A stretch of 64,000 bases of DNA from a virus (Duplodnaviria > Heunggongvirae > Uroviricota > Caudoviricetes). The stretch is from the IMG/VR virus record IMGVR_UViG_3300021400_000932; one strand, given 5' to 3'. The notes under the pieces are model-generated. The model saw only the letters and a program-made list of their open reading frames with translations, searched no databases and was not told where the DNA came from. This document shows, in pieces, positions 18,115 through 28,068 of this stretch. How positions within the stretch are numbered: position 1 is the stretch's first letter; every line of letters starts with the position of its first letter. The position numbers and the translations under genes were made by a program.

Positions 18115-19872
18115 TTAAGTTCTGCAAAAGCAGAAGCCGAAGCCAACGCTGTAGGAACTATAGGCGCCGTTGCCGGCGTACCCCGAACCACCCGCACCGA
18201 CACCCCAGAAAGGCGCCGAGGACTGAGAAACAGCGGTTCTTAGCCAATATTCTCTTGCATTTCCTGCACCCACATATTGTTTCTTCTGTCTTAGTGCATT
18301 GGTGGTATAATAAGGGAATGCTACATTTCGGGAACCGGAATCTATCTCAAAGGTGTATGGGAATGTAGAAGCACCAATGACACCCATATCAATACCACTA
18401 GCTACATACAGCTTATGTGATACCGTATCTCCATGTGCTTGGTAGTCATCATCTAAGTAATTGAAACATTTATATTCAAGAGGTCCGATGTTATTAGAAA
18501 TAAACTCAGGGAACAGAGCGAGTATAGCATCGAGATTTTGCTTAAACATCTTCGACTCTTTGAAACCACCTGCATTGGTAGCCGAAGTATTCATCTGGTA
18601 ACCATCAGGACTTGTAAATGCATTATGATAATCCCACACTACATTAGCATATACAGCAGGGTCTGAGCCAGCCACTTTGAAATGCTTAAAATCAACGGCT
18701 GTAAATTCCATTGCATGGGTATGAAGATTATTGTCGGGAAGAAGCAATCGCATCTTGTTTCCGATTGAAATATAATCTTCGAAATCATCTGTCAGATTTG
18801 CGGCAAGGAACTCGCCAAAGGTATATGCAGAAGTATAATTTGGGTCATTTGTATAGATGTAATCATATTGAGATACATCGACAGGTGTTGCCGGTAAGCT
18901 GTACTGAGAATATACCCCGTGGATATCGGTATTCTGAGTAATATTCTTCAGAGAGGTATCCCAACCCTCCCAGTAGTAGCCATCCTTTAGCATACTTACT
19001 AAGTTAAGCCACTTTACATCTTGACCATTCTCGACATAGCTTGTCTGAACTATGGTCGAATCCTTGTAGAAGTTTACTGTCCACACAGGTATCTCTGCGG
19101 TAGTCGTGATTGTATATGTGATGGGTGAGGTTTCATTTCCCTCTGCATCTCTGATTTTTACTGTAACTGTGTGGGTTGCAGATGGTGATATGTAAGGCAT
19201 AATATTGAAAGTGATGTTACCCTGTGCTACTGAGTTAGCAGCAACCTGAGTACCATTTACAGTATAAATCGCTGTACCCATACCTGTCTGAGTATTATCA
19301 TAGTTCCAAATACTGCTCCAAGTATTCTTGATTAAATACTCTTGGCTTGGAATAAATTTTACATCCAAAGCAGTTCCTGGCATACCATTGGAGATTCTAC
19401 ATGTGATTGCATGCTTCAGAACGAAGTCAACATAGTTTCTTACGGCAAGAGACGTCGGAATTCCGGCATATCCATTCTGAATATCGGTATCCGCAGCTTG
19501 CACCGTACCGGATAGCGTTTCTCCATTCATAGATACAGATTTAACGAATGAAGTAGCACTTCCGGTGACATCACCGGAACAGTTTGTAAGATTCGCCACC
19601 TTAGTCCAAGAATATAAATTCCCACTAACAGGATGAACAATATACAGAGATGGACTATCCGGATAATAATAAAGTTTTCCGGTTGTTCCTGCAGTAGATG
19701 TAGTAGGTTCTGCTTGCAGAACTTCCAATGATTTAGTGTACTCGTGAGAACCTACATAGATTTTATACTCGTCTGTGATGAAATATAGGGTATCATCATC
19801 CTTAACAAGTAAATTATCGTATGCAGATTTTACACAGGGTACAAATTTTATTTGGTTATTAGCTGTTGGCAA
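18115..19872 (-). CDS. DGR target protein 2 (full-length paralog of target 1)
   Basis: Same architecture as target 1; TTG start; YWLRT...VR...YSVGFGFCF. Confidence 0.9.
   Translation of the reverse strand: MPTANNQIKFVPCVKSAYDNLLVKDDDTLYFITDEYKIYVGSHEYTKSLEVLQAEPTTSTAGTTGKLYYYPDSPSLYIVHPVSGNLYSWTKVANLTNCSGDVTGSATSFVKSVSMNGETLSGTVQAADTDIQNGYAGIPTSLAVRNYVDFVLKHAITCRISNGMPGTALDVKFIPSQEYLIKNTWSSIWNYDNTQTGMGTAIYTVNGTQVAANSVAQGNITFNIMPYISPSATHTVTVKIRDAEGNETSPITYTITTTAEIPVWTVNFYKDSTIVQTSYVENGQDVKWLNLVSMLKDGYYWEGWDTSLKNITQNTDIHGVYSQYSLPATPVDVSQYDYIYTNDPNYTSAYTFGEFLAANLTDDFEDYISIGNKMRLLLPDNNLHTHAMEFTAVDFKHFKVAGSDPAVYANVVWDYHNAFTSPDGYQMNTSATNAGGFKESKMFKQNLDAILALFPEFISNNIGPLEYKCFNYLDDDYQAHGDTVSHKLYVASGIDMGVIGASTFPYTFEIDSGSRNVAFPYYTTNALRQKKQYVGAGNAREYWLRTAVSQSSAPFWGVGAGGSGYAGNGAYSSYSVGFGFCFCRT
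18131..18226 (-). repeat. Variable repeat VR2 (96 bp)
   Basis: 18 mismatches at TR adenines plus one extra NNC codon in the AAC run. Confidence 0.95.
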
Positions 19873-19891
19873 AATCGGTCACCCTTTCACA

Positions 19892-20395
19892 TTATATAGA
19901 TTTCCAAGATATGGCCCCAAACACTTGTGCAGATGTGGGGATTTTGGATGAATCATTTTCGAGGTTATTTGCTGAGCTGATAGATTTATTTGAATTCTGA
20001 GCATTGCCGGTTGAATCTCCGATAAGTATTTTATTCTCAGCATTTTCCACTATATCAATTTTACCATCAAGAAGTTCATTAACTTCCGTTTTCTGGTAGT
20101 ATGGTGTTAAATCAATCTCAGTAGTTCCTATTTTCTCCCACTTAGGTGGCTCTGTATTCCAGATGTATTCATCATACACATTTGGTTCCTCACCACCATT
20201 TGGAAGAAGATAAATAACTCCTTCAGAGCCGGTTTCAGGAAGTTCTTCAACAACAGTATATTGAATTACATCGGCAAGTTTTCTGTCAACCTCAGCCTTT
20301 GTGTATGTGTTTGCCTTGTCGGCCTTAGTAGCGGCTATGGTGTCGGTATATATCTTTGCACCTTTTTTCGCTATTGCGATACTAATTATATCCAT
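19892..20395 (-). CDS. Tail fibre-associated protein
   Basis: VVEELPETG..GVIYL...YDEYIW...WEKIG..EIDLTPYYQKTEV motif common in gut-phage fibres. Confidence 0.6.
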   Translation of the reverse strand: MDIISIAIAKKGAKIYTDTIAATKADKANTYTKAEVDRKLADVIQYTVVEELPETGSEGVIYLLPNGGEEPNVYDEYIWNTEPPKWEKIGTTEIDLTPYYQKTEVNELLDGKIDIVENAENKILIGDSTGNAQNSNKSISSANNLENDSSKIPTSAQVFGAISWKSI

Positions 20396-20398
20396 AAA

Positions 20399-20650
20399 TC
20401 AAACCTCGTGCCAAGCATCATTTGTTTCATCATAAAGGAAAGCTGTGCCGGTATCAATTTCAAAAGCTGCTGAACCATTTCCCTTACCTGGAATAAGAGA
20501 AAGTTTAGTAAAATCGGCATGGTTGAGCCTAAAATCAAAGATATATTTTCCATCCACCATCTGTGTTGGCGTGGCTATTGAAATTGAGCCAAAATCAATA
20601 TTTTCATCCGCATTCCAAGAAATACCGAATTTTCGTATTAGAACATTCAT
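20399..20650 (-). CDS. Small virion-associated protein
   Basis: GSAAFEIDTGTAFLYDE...W motif. Confidence 0.55.
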   Translation of the reverse strand: MNVLIRKFGISWNADENIDFGSISIATPTQMVDGKYIFDFRLNHADFTKLSLIPGKGNGSAAFEIDTGTAFLYDETNDAWHEV

Positions 20651-20667
20651 ACTGAACTATACCTCCA

Positions 20668-21465
20668 TTATTTTATAATATAAATATCTAACAGGATATC
20701 ATCTTGTGGTAGTGTGTCACAATGAAATTCTATAGAATCATCGAGCTGGTCGGATTGGTATATACCGCACTTGTTGTACATATACTGACCATCTCCATAT
20801 CTTGGCTGAATAATTAATTTCGTTTCTGAAGTGATGCCTGATATAGAATTTATAACCGCTACATTTTCTGACCAATCGCCTGCATGTATGGTCACTTCTT
20901 CTCTTTGAATCTTTTTCTGGGTTGAGTCTGCATCTGGCTTATTATTCCAAGTTTCTTTTTCTTCATCAGTAACAAGTCTATGCTCTGCATCATCTTCCAA
21001 ATCGGACAGCTTTACAGTAGAACCAATATCCCAGTCATCCCAACTTTGAGTTTCCACATTCCACTCATAATAGTTAGTGGTATTGTTAGTAGAATCATTA
21101 ACCCGAACAATTCTACCATTCGGCATAAACTCAGTTATAAGTTTATCTCTCTGAGCTATACTGTCTAATGTGATGAAAGCTCTGGATTCTATATCACGAA
21201 GTTCAGGACTTAGCGGTACAGGGTTTCTATCATCATCAGAAGAATTCGGAACGACCGTAAGTAATGATAGATTTACTTGCGTTGCCGGAACTATAGTTTT
21301 AGCAGGTAAAATGATGAAATGCCATCCATTCATAGCATTTTCTTCATATTTGTACCAACCATAGGCAACAACCGCTATGGCGTCTGGATATTCAGATAGA
21401 ATTACTGTATCTCCGTTATATATTATCTTTCCTGTTTCCGGTATAGTAAAATATGCAACAGCCAT
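20668..21465 (-). CDS. Structural/tail-associated protein
   Basis: DDAEHRLVTDEEKETWN fibre motif; N-terminal domain shared with 21943-22311. Confidence 0.55.
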   Translation of the reverse strand: MAVAYFTIPETGKIIYNGDTVILSEYPDAIAVVAYGWYKYEENAMNGWHFIILPAKTIVPATQVNLSLLTVVPNSSDDDRNPVPLSPELRDIESRAFITLDSIAQRDKLITEFMPNGRIVRVNDSTNNTTNYYEWNVETQSWDDWDIGSTVKLSDLEDDAEHRLVTDEEKETWNNKPDADSTQKKIQREEVTIHAGDWSENVAVINSISGITSETKLIIQPRYGDGQYMYNKCGIYQSDQLDDSIEFHCDTLPQDDILLDIYIIK

Positions 21466-21483
21466 AACTTTACTGCTCCTATC

Positions 21484-21918
21484 TTATAAGTTTTCTTTCT
21501 TTAGTGGGAGATTATTTACTTCTTGAACAAGTTTATCCAAATCACCATTGCCACCAAGACCAAAGTGATAACAATGGTGCATATTGTTAAGGATTCTTCT
21601 TTCATCAAAATCAATTTTGCCTGCATTTATATGTGCTTGCCCGATATGACGTATTCTATCATATATGATATATTTCATACCCTCTGTAAGACTTTCAAGC
21701 GTTTTTCTGTTGTCTTCCGTTTTCTGTTCGATAGCATTCAATCTATCATTTACTGTTTGTTCTTTCTTTTCCAAATCGCTATCTTCCCGCTTTGCTTTTC
21801 GTTCTCTTTTCCAAGAAAGCCAGTTGTCAATCGCCTTAACAACCGCAGCAGTAGCACCACTGCTGATTACTGCAACCAAAATTGCCAATGATATAGAATC
21901 CATTTCAACCATCTCCAA
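21484..21918 (-). CDS. Holin-like membrane protein
   Basis: N-terminal TM segment and coiled coil; IYDRI...YH.GLGGNG...V..LP motif of Bacillota phage holin-like proteins. Confidence 0.5.
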   Translation of the reverse strand: MEMVEMDSISLAILVAVISSGATAAVVKAIDNWLSWKRERKAKREDSDLEKKEQTVNDRLNAIEQKTEDNRKTLESLTEGMKYIIYDRIRHIGQAHINAGKIDFDERRILNNMHHCYHFGLGGNGDLDKLVQEVNNLPLKKENL

Positions 21919-21942
21919 ACTTTTTGCTTTGATTCTACTAAT

Positions 21943-22311
21943 TTAGGGGGCTACACTATCTACCCAACGAATAAATCCGGTTTCATTTGTAAGAACTTGT
22001 GTCTTTGTTCCATCATAACCATAAATAGATTTGAGGTCATCTATGATTGATGTAGGATGACTGTTGTTGGTCCCCTCAACATGACCGCAAGGTTCAATCA
22101 AATAAATGTCATTGAGGTCAGATTGATTTAACGGTTTGATTTTACCGGCAAGTGCTTTAGAAGTAAGATACCAACCATTGGTCGGTCTGTTTCCGTTGCA
22201 CGAATACCAACCGCAACCAACAACCCATTCTTCATTATCAAACCTATTTAGTTTTACGGTATCGCCAGGATATATCGCAGTTTGTGTGTTAGGTATCATT
22301 ATTTTTTCCAT
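21943..22311 (-). CDS. Hypothetical protein, paralog of the N-terminal domain of 20668-21465
   Basis: IPxT...IY.GDTV.L...GWY.....NGW.. shared between the two. Confidence 0.6.
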   Translation of the reverse strand: MEKIMIPNTQTAIYPGDTVKLNRFDNEEWVVGCGWYSCNGNRPTNGWYLTSKALAGKIKPLNQSDLNDIYLIEPCGHVEGTNNSHPTSIIDDLKSIYGYDGTKTQVLTNETGFIRWVDSVAP

Positions 22312-22382
22312 AATAAAAATAACCTCGCATATCTACAGTAAGTTAGTCCTGTAGATATACAAGGTTATTTTTGGTGACTTGA

Positions 22383-22721
22383 TTATTTGGTTGTTTTTGC
22401 TTCTCTGTACTCCTTCAGTGCGGTAGCAAGATGCTTTTTGTCGGTACTTGGTATATCGGACTTGTCGATGATACCGCGTTTTGCATACTGTCGCAAGGTC
22501 TGTAGTATATCTTCGCATTGTGCGCTGATTTTTACATATTCATCCCAAGCTAAATCTCTTTGAGGGAGAAGATTTTTTAATTCTTCTATCTTCATTGCAG
22601 CATATTGTTTAGATTTTTCGTTATCGGGAAATATATTCTCATTACCACAGAATGGACAGAACGTCGGAGTTTTCGCAAGTCTAACTCGCTGACCGCAATT
22701 AGAGCAAATATATTGTTTCAT
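22383..22721 (-). CDS. Zinc-ribbon protein
   Basis: CSNCG...CPFCG followed by a coiled coil. Confidence 0.65.
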   Translation of the reverse strand: MKQYICSNCGQRVRLAKTPTFCPFCGNENIFPDNEKSKQYAAMKIEELKNLLPQRDLAWDEYVKISAQCEDILQTLRQYAKRGIIDKSDIPSTDKKHLATALKEYREAKTTK

Positions 22722-22731
22722 CGACTACACC

Positions 22732-24693
22732 TCAATCTGCTGTCAAGAATTTGTCCCTAAACTCTTGTTCGGACATCACGACCGTACCGAACTTCTTGGC
22801 TGCGGTGTTTTTAGAAGAACCAGAATTTGGGTCATCTGTAATAAGATATTTAGTTTTCTTTGTGACGGATGATGCAGGTGTAAAGCCGGCCGCTTTCAAT
22901 TCCCACTCAAACTCGCTTCGCTTTACACTCAGCTTTCCGGTAATGCATACTGCAATTTCTTCTTTTTGCTTAGGAGCATTCCAAATGATGTTATCTTTGA
23001 TAAATGATAACCGATGGAGCTTATCTCTGTTCGCAACAAGCGTGGCATAATTCGCTTTTCCTATACCCTTTACACCATTGAGGTTGTACTGCTGAGGGTT
23101 ATTTAGGAAGTCTTTAAGCTCTTTATGATATGTTGCCAACTTGGTTGCAGTAACTGCACCAAATCCAGGAATATTCAGAGCTTGAATGGCATCCGATAAG
23201 GAGAATTTGCCATCTATGAGGGTGTTGTAGGCGTGTGCAAACTTTTTATACTGTACCGATTCAGAAGTTTCATCAATTCTGCCATGCAGATAAATCTTTT
23301 CGATGCTTGCTGCCTTGCCAAACATATCCTCAAGGAACTTGCAGATGAGGGTATCGCCGAGACCATCTGTCGGTGCTAATTTATTAAACCACACAAGGAC
23401 ATCCTGAATGCTGGCATTGTAGCAATTCGGATTTTTGCATTGCAAATGAACACCATTCCAAGCAAGAGGTTCCCCACACACTGGACAGTGCGTAGGCAAA
23501 GAATACCCAACACCCATAAGAACATCTGTTATCTGGGGAATTATTTCATTTGCTTTAGTAATCATGACCTGAGCCCCAATGCCGATTCCGGATTCTTTGA
23601 TGTACTGTGCATTGATTCCGGTGCAATATTGAACAGTAGAACCGGCAAGTTCGACAGGTTGAACTTTGATTCTCGGCATAAGGTATCTCGTCTTTGTAAG
23701 TTCCCACAGCACATCAACAACTTTGGTTTGCTTGGAATCTGTCGGGAATTTATAAGCTACTGCATAGTATTCGATATTATTACCGTCTCTGCGGAATTTA
23801 TCACATGTAAGAACAATTCCATCCGCAGGAAGCTCATCATACCACTTTGCCTTGCAGTTCTGCATAATGCGTTCAAACAAAGATTCGGATGCGGAAACCT
23901 TAGAAAATACATCTCCGAGCCATTCACTCGGAACGGTGTACCCAGCGAATACTGTATGAATAAACTCAAGTATGCCGAAGTAAGAATCAATCAATGTACG
24001 GTGTCCGGAACTCTTAACCACAAATGAATCATGGTGCTTTGAGCTATTCACATAGATAGTAGGATAATTTTCACTTCCTACGATACTATACAGATAGATA
24101 TTTACGAACTTCAAATCATCCGTAATTTCTTTGCCATTGATGATACCAGCGGCAGAGTTTCTACTATTCTTTGCATCCGGATTCAGCTTTTTGAACTTCT
24201 GGAATTTGCTTTCGGTCATAAGAAGTTCTCCGCGGAATGCACCGGTAAAATTCTTGGCTGTCGGAATTATACCAAACTGATTTTTGAGGATTTGATAAAC
24301 TTTATCGGTGATGTCGATGCCGATATTACCCTTACCTCTTGTAACCGCACGAACGAAATGACCATTTTCATAGTAAAGCACAACGGAAAGACCATCGAGT
24401 TTTAAGGATGCGATAACGCCATGGTGCTCAAACTTTCTTCGAATATCTTTCTTAATTTCTAAGTAGGTGTGGCACTTGTCAAGTGAACCAACTTCTCCAT
24501 ACAAATGTTGTGCTTTAGCACCAGGCACAGAAAAGATATCAAATCCGTGTCCGGTATTAAGCAACGGAGAATCGGGGTCTTCCTCTCTGAGCTGTCCAAT
24601 CAAGGCATCGAACTCTTCATCAGAAAGATTGGAAGAACCATCTGTGTAGTATGCCTGTGAAGCATTTTTGATTTTGTCCATTAGATTACTCAT
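22732..24693 (-). CDS. ligA: NAD-dependent DNA ligase
   Basis: YY...LSDEEFD, SLDK, KLDGLS adenylation motif, TRG.G..G.DIT, RNSAAG, AYKF, CPVCG zinc finger, C-terminal BRCT. Confidence 0.93.
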   Translation of the reverse strand: MSNLMDKIKNASQAYYTDGSSNLSDEEFDALIGQLREEDPDSPLLNTGHGFDIFSVPGAKAQHLYGEVGSLDKCHTYLEIKKDIRRKFEHHGVIASLKLDGLSVVLYYENGHFVRAVTRGKGNIGIDITDKVYQILKNQFGIIPTAKNFTGAFRGELLMTESKFQKFKKLNPDAKNSRNSAAGIINGKEITDDLKFVNIYLYSIVGSENYPTIYVNSSKHHDSFVVKSSGHRTLIDSYFGILEFIHTVFAGYTVPSEWLGDVFSKVSASESLFERIMQNCKAKWYDELPADGIVLTCDKFRRDGNNIEYYAVAYKFPTDSKQTKVVDVLWELTKTRYLMPRIKVQPVELAGSTVQYCTGINAQYIKESGIGIGAQVMITKANEIIPQITDVLMGVGYSLPTHCPVCGEPLAWNGVHLQCKNPNCYNASIQDVLVWFNKLAPTDGLGDTLICKFLEDMFGKAASIEKIYLHGRIDETSESVQYKKFAHAYNTLIDGKFSLSDAIQALNIPGFGAVTATKLATYHKELKDFLNNPQQYNLNGVKGIGKANYATLVANRDKLHRLSFIKDNIIWNAPKQKEEIAVCITGKLSVKRSEFEWELKAAGFTPASSVTKKTKYLITDDPNSGSSKNTAAKKFGTVVMSEQEFRDKFLTAD

Positions 24694-25184
24694 TCTATCG
24701 CACCTCTTTTTGGGATGACCCCAGTTTCAACGAAGTAGTTAAAATCCTCAGCAGCATCTGCGTTCATTCTCTTGTCACAGAACAATGTGTAAGCATTGAA
24801 GTGGAATCTGTTTCTTTCTTCTTCGAAGTCCCAATGAATGGTGATTACTTCTTTCGGTCTACCGCCATCGCCGACAGCAATATCAGCCATTGGCTTACAA
24901 TGTTCGGTGTAAATCAATACTGCGAGCGCAAGTTGTTTTTCTTCCTTATGCGAACCCAAATAAATAGATATTTTATTCTGTAGTTCTTGCAAACAGTTGT
25001 CACATAATGTAATATGCTGGTTTGTACTACGACCAACAAGAATATCGTGAAGATTTTTCACCTTTTTATTCGATGCACCGGCTCTGTCGAAATTAATCGC
25101 ACCACATACATTACAATTAGATATCGGATGTGTAGTTTTCTTTATGTCAAACATAAAAATTCCCCTTTCCGGATTATATATCAT
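24690..25184 (-). CDS. Hypothetical protein with a CxxC...CxxC zinc site
   Basis: CNVCG...LCDNC; the probable start is MFDIKK. Confidence 0.6.
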   Translation of the reverse strand: MIYNPERGIFMFDIKKTTHPISNCNVCGAINFDRAGASNKKVKNLHDILVGRSTNQHITLCDNCLQELQNKISIYLGSHKEEKQLALAVLIYTEHCKPMADIAVGDGGRPKEVITIHWDFEEERNRFHFNAYTLFCDKRMNADAAEDFNYFVETGVIPKRGAIE

Positions 25185-25215
25185 ATAACGATTCCGAAAG
25201 GGGATTTTTATAATA

Positions 25216-25893
25216 TTATTTGATAGCTTTCAACTGTTCGAGCATAGCCTTGATTTCATCATCGGATTCGGCCATCTTCTCGTAGTATTCCATATTCCTC
25301 TGTTCTGAGATTCGCTTGTCCATAGCATCCATCAGCTTTTTGCGTTTCGCATCATTATCAGCCATCCGAACTCGCTCTGCTTTTCTATCCTTGTATGCAG
25401 CAAGGTCGAATTTGCTGACGATTTCGCGGTTAATGGTATCACCATTGGTAGCCAAATCTTCCATAGCATAGTGGTCGGTGATTAGTGCATCAACCACAGC
25501 TACACCGAATCCGTGGTGTGCGGATTTAACCACAACTGCATCTCCGACATTGATTGATTCATCGTAATATCGATACTGATAGGTGCGTTCGGTATTTGTG
25601 CCCTCAATGAATTTGACCTGAGCAATTCCTTTAAGACCGTGCAAGATATATTTACTGTTCATTGTATCATCTCCTGTTTCTACTTTAGTTAATTCTTTTT
25701 CATAATAAATGAATAAACCCTCGTTTTGGTATGAATTGATAAAACCATCAACTTTTACCGAATAGCTATTTACACCCATATATTCGTGTCTTCTGCGGAT
25801 TTTTCCAATGTAACCGATGGTTTTCCGGTAGCTATCTTTTGCGGTTTTAACAATCTTAACTGTATCGCCGACATTAAATTCATAGTGTATCAT
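25216..25893 (-). CDS. Hypothetical protein
   Basis: 225 aa ORF with AGAGGGG RBS. Confidence 0.7.
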   Translation of the reverse strand: MIHYEFNVGDTVKIVKTAKDSYRKTIGYIGKIRRRHEYMGVNSYSVKVDGFINSYQNEGLFIYYEKELTKVETGDDTMNSKYILHGLKGIAQVKFIEGTNTERTYQYRYYDESINVGDAVVVKSAHHGFGVAVVDALITDHYAMEDLATNGDTINREIVSKFDLAAYKDRKAERVRMADNDAKRKKLMDAMDKRISEQRNMEYYEKMAESDDEIKAMLEQLKAIK

Positions 25894-25992
25894 ATGTTGC
25901 CCCCTCTCTTTTGAAAATAGTTTCCGGAATCATTTCTTTCGAATTGATTTCTGTTGAATATAACGATTCCGGAAACTGATTTTCGATGTCGA

Positions 25993-26196
25993 TTAGATTT
26001 CTACCTGCATTGCTTGTTTGAGCAACTGAATTTCCTTTAAAGAAGAAGACAGTATCGGATAATACCGATTTCGCAAAGCAGTCAATTCTTCCATATAGGC
26101 CTCTCCGGCAAGTCGGAATTGTTCTTGCTTCGCTTGAAGTGCCAGTTCTCCCATAAAGTATAAAGCGTCTTTGCGAGCTTTCTCTTCATTAATCAT
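25993..26196 (-). CDS. Small hypothetical protein
   Basis: 67 aa ORF with AGGTG RBS. Confidence 0.6.
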   Translation of the reverse strand: MINEEKARKDALYFMGELALQAKQEQFRLAGEAYMEELTALRNRYYPILSSSLKEIQLLKQAMQVEI

Positions 26197-26205
26197 AAAA
26201 TCACC

Positions 26206-28059
26206 TTAGATATTTATTTTGTGAATTTGGTTTGTTACTTCTTTAACACCTGCGGTAATTATCTGTATACCCTCTACTTCAGATAATCTTTCGAAAAGAG
26301 TATACACATTTTCACTATCGAGGTGGTCAAGCATATCATCTACCATAACGAGCTTCAATGTTCCGGTGGTTGCCGATGCGATATACAACATAATGGAAAA
26401 GGCAACCAAAGTCTTTTCGCCGGAACTCAAAAGTTCGTAAGGAATGTATTTATTGTTTCTCATAATTCCGAAACTGAAGGAATTTGCTTTGGTTGATAAC
26501 TCAGTTCGGAATTTCACATCTTCATGGAACAAGGTTGTAAGATACTGGTCTACCTTTACTTCCAATTCAGCAAACGGTTCCATCGCTACCTTTGTTTGAA
26601 GATTGTTTGCATCGGTATATTTTGCCCACACATTGAGAATATCGACATGGTTCTGAATGGTTAGCTTTTTGTTTGTAAACTTGTCGATAGTTTCATCATA
26701 TTTCTTGTTGGCGATGCAATGGGATAATTTAACCCTAAGAGCTTCTGCCTGTTGGTCATATTGTGCAATCGCAGCTACGAGAGCATCCATATCGCTATCC
26801 GGAACAATCTCCGACAGCTTCTGTTCGATTTCATCACGCTGTCGATATGCTGCGATAAGTTGCTGGATTCTGTTCGCATATGCAGTTTCTTGTTGCCTAT
26901 CCGATTCGAGCTTTGCTTCTAATTTTGATATTGTCTGTTCAATCTCAGCTCGCTCATCTAACAGATTGACTTTCTGCACATTGAGTTCAGCAATATTCTT
27001 CCGAATATCTAACATGGAATTCAGAATAATGTCGCACGGTGCTTTAGAATATGGACACATACCATTGCCCGATAATGTCTTTTGAAAATCGGTAATTTTT
27101 ATTCCAATAGCAGAACACTTGTCGTGTAGTTCTCCGCAATGTTCCCGAAGTTCAGCAATACGGGATTTCAGAAATTTGATATCATCAAGACAATGAAGCC
27201 GCTTTGCACCGAGGGAGATATATTCTTTATCTTCTTTGAGTGTTTTGGCAGGAAGGGTTGTTTCCGCTTGCTGACTTTTCAGATAATTATAGGTTTCTAA
27301 TTTGGATTTATCCTCTACTGCTTTTGTTCGCAAATCCGAAATTTGAGCAAGCTGCTGATTGATGTTATCAATCTCAACATCATAATTTGAAACTGCGGCA
27401 TCATCATAGAAAATCAAAGACCGGATACCTCCATCAATCATAGCAAGATTTTGTTTCTCAGATGAAAGCATATCCTTGATAATCTGATTTGCCTCAATGA
27501 CCGCATCTACTCCGGATGCCTTGATTTTAGAAAGTCTCTCGGAGATTTGTGTTCTGAATTCTGGGTCGAGTTCTACAACATCAGCATTGAGCGATGCTTG
27601 GTCTAACTCAGCATCCCAATCAAATTTGGAATCGAGCTTAGGCAAAAAGTTGATAAACCATGCTTTGAGCATATTGGATGATAACCCCATAAACCCACCG
27701 AAATCCAAAATCGGAAGTTCGGCATTTCCAATTATCGAAGATACTCCCACACCCTCCGGAGTGATTTCCTCTGTACAGGAGATGGACTTCGCATTCTGCT
27801 CCCAGCACTTTCTGATAGTTACGCCACCAGACAAGTTAAGAGTAATCTCCATTTTTCTTCCGCAGGAATGCTTGAAGATATCCCCAACCTTTTTATTTGT
27901 ACCAGGGATATAACCAAGCAGAACGAGCTGAATTGCCTGAAGGATTGTTGACTTGCCGGCACCGTTTGTACCGAAGATGTAATTCATATCCTCAAAGGTG
28001 TAGGTGGTAGGCTTATTCAGCTTATGCATACCTTCAATGGTTATTGATTCTATTTTCAT
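26206..28059 (-). CDS. Rad50/SbcC-like SMC-family ATPase
   Basis: GTNGAGKS Walker A, long coiled coil with CPYSKAPC hook-like motif, LSSGEK signature, VDDMLDHLD Walker B/D-loop. Confidence 0.85.
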   Translation of the reverse strand: MKIESITIEGMHKLNKPTTYTFEDMNYIFGTNGAGKSTILQAIQLVLLGYIPGTNKKVGDIFKHSCGRKMEITLNLSGGVTIRKCWEQNAKSISCTEEITPEGVGVSSIIGNAELPILDFGGFMGLSSNMLKAWFINFLPKLDSKFDWDAELDQASLNADVVELDPEFRTQISERLSKIKASGVDAVIEANQIIKDMLSSEKQNLAMIDGGIRSLIFYDDAAVSNYDVEIDNINQQLAQISDLRTKAVEDKSKLETYNYLKSQQAETTLPAKTLKEDKEYISLGAKRLHCLDDIKFLKSRIAELREHCGELHDKCSAIGIKITDFQKTLSGNGMCPYSKAPCDIILNSMLDIRKNIAELNVQKVNLLDERAEIEQTISKLEAKLESDRQQETAYANRIQQLIAAYRQRDEIEQKLSEIVPDSDMDALVAAIAQYDQQAEALRVKLSHCIANKKYDETIDKFTNKKLTIQNHVDILNVWAKYTDANNLQTKVAMEPFAELEVKVDQYLTTLFHEDVKFRTELSTKANSFSFGIMRNNKYIPYELLSSGEKTLVAFSIMLYIASATTGTLKLVMVDDMLDHLDSENVYTLFERLSEVEGIQIITAGVKEVTNQIHKINI

Positions 28060-28068
28060 ATAACATCC

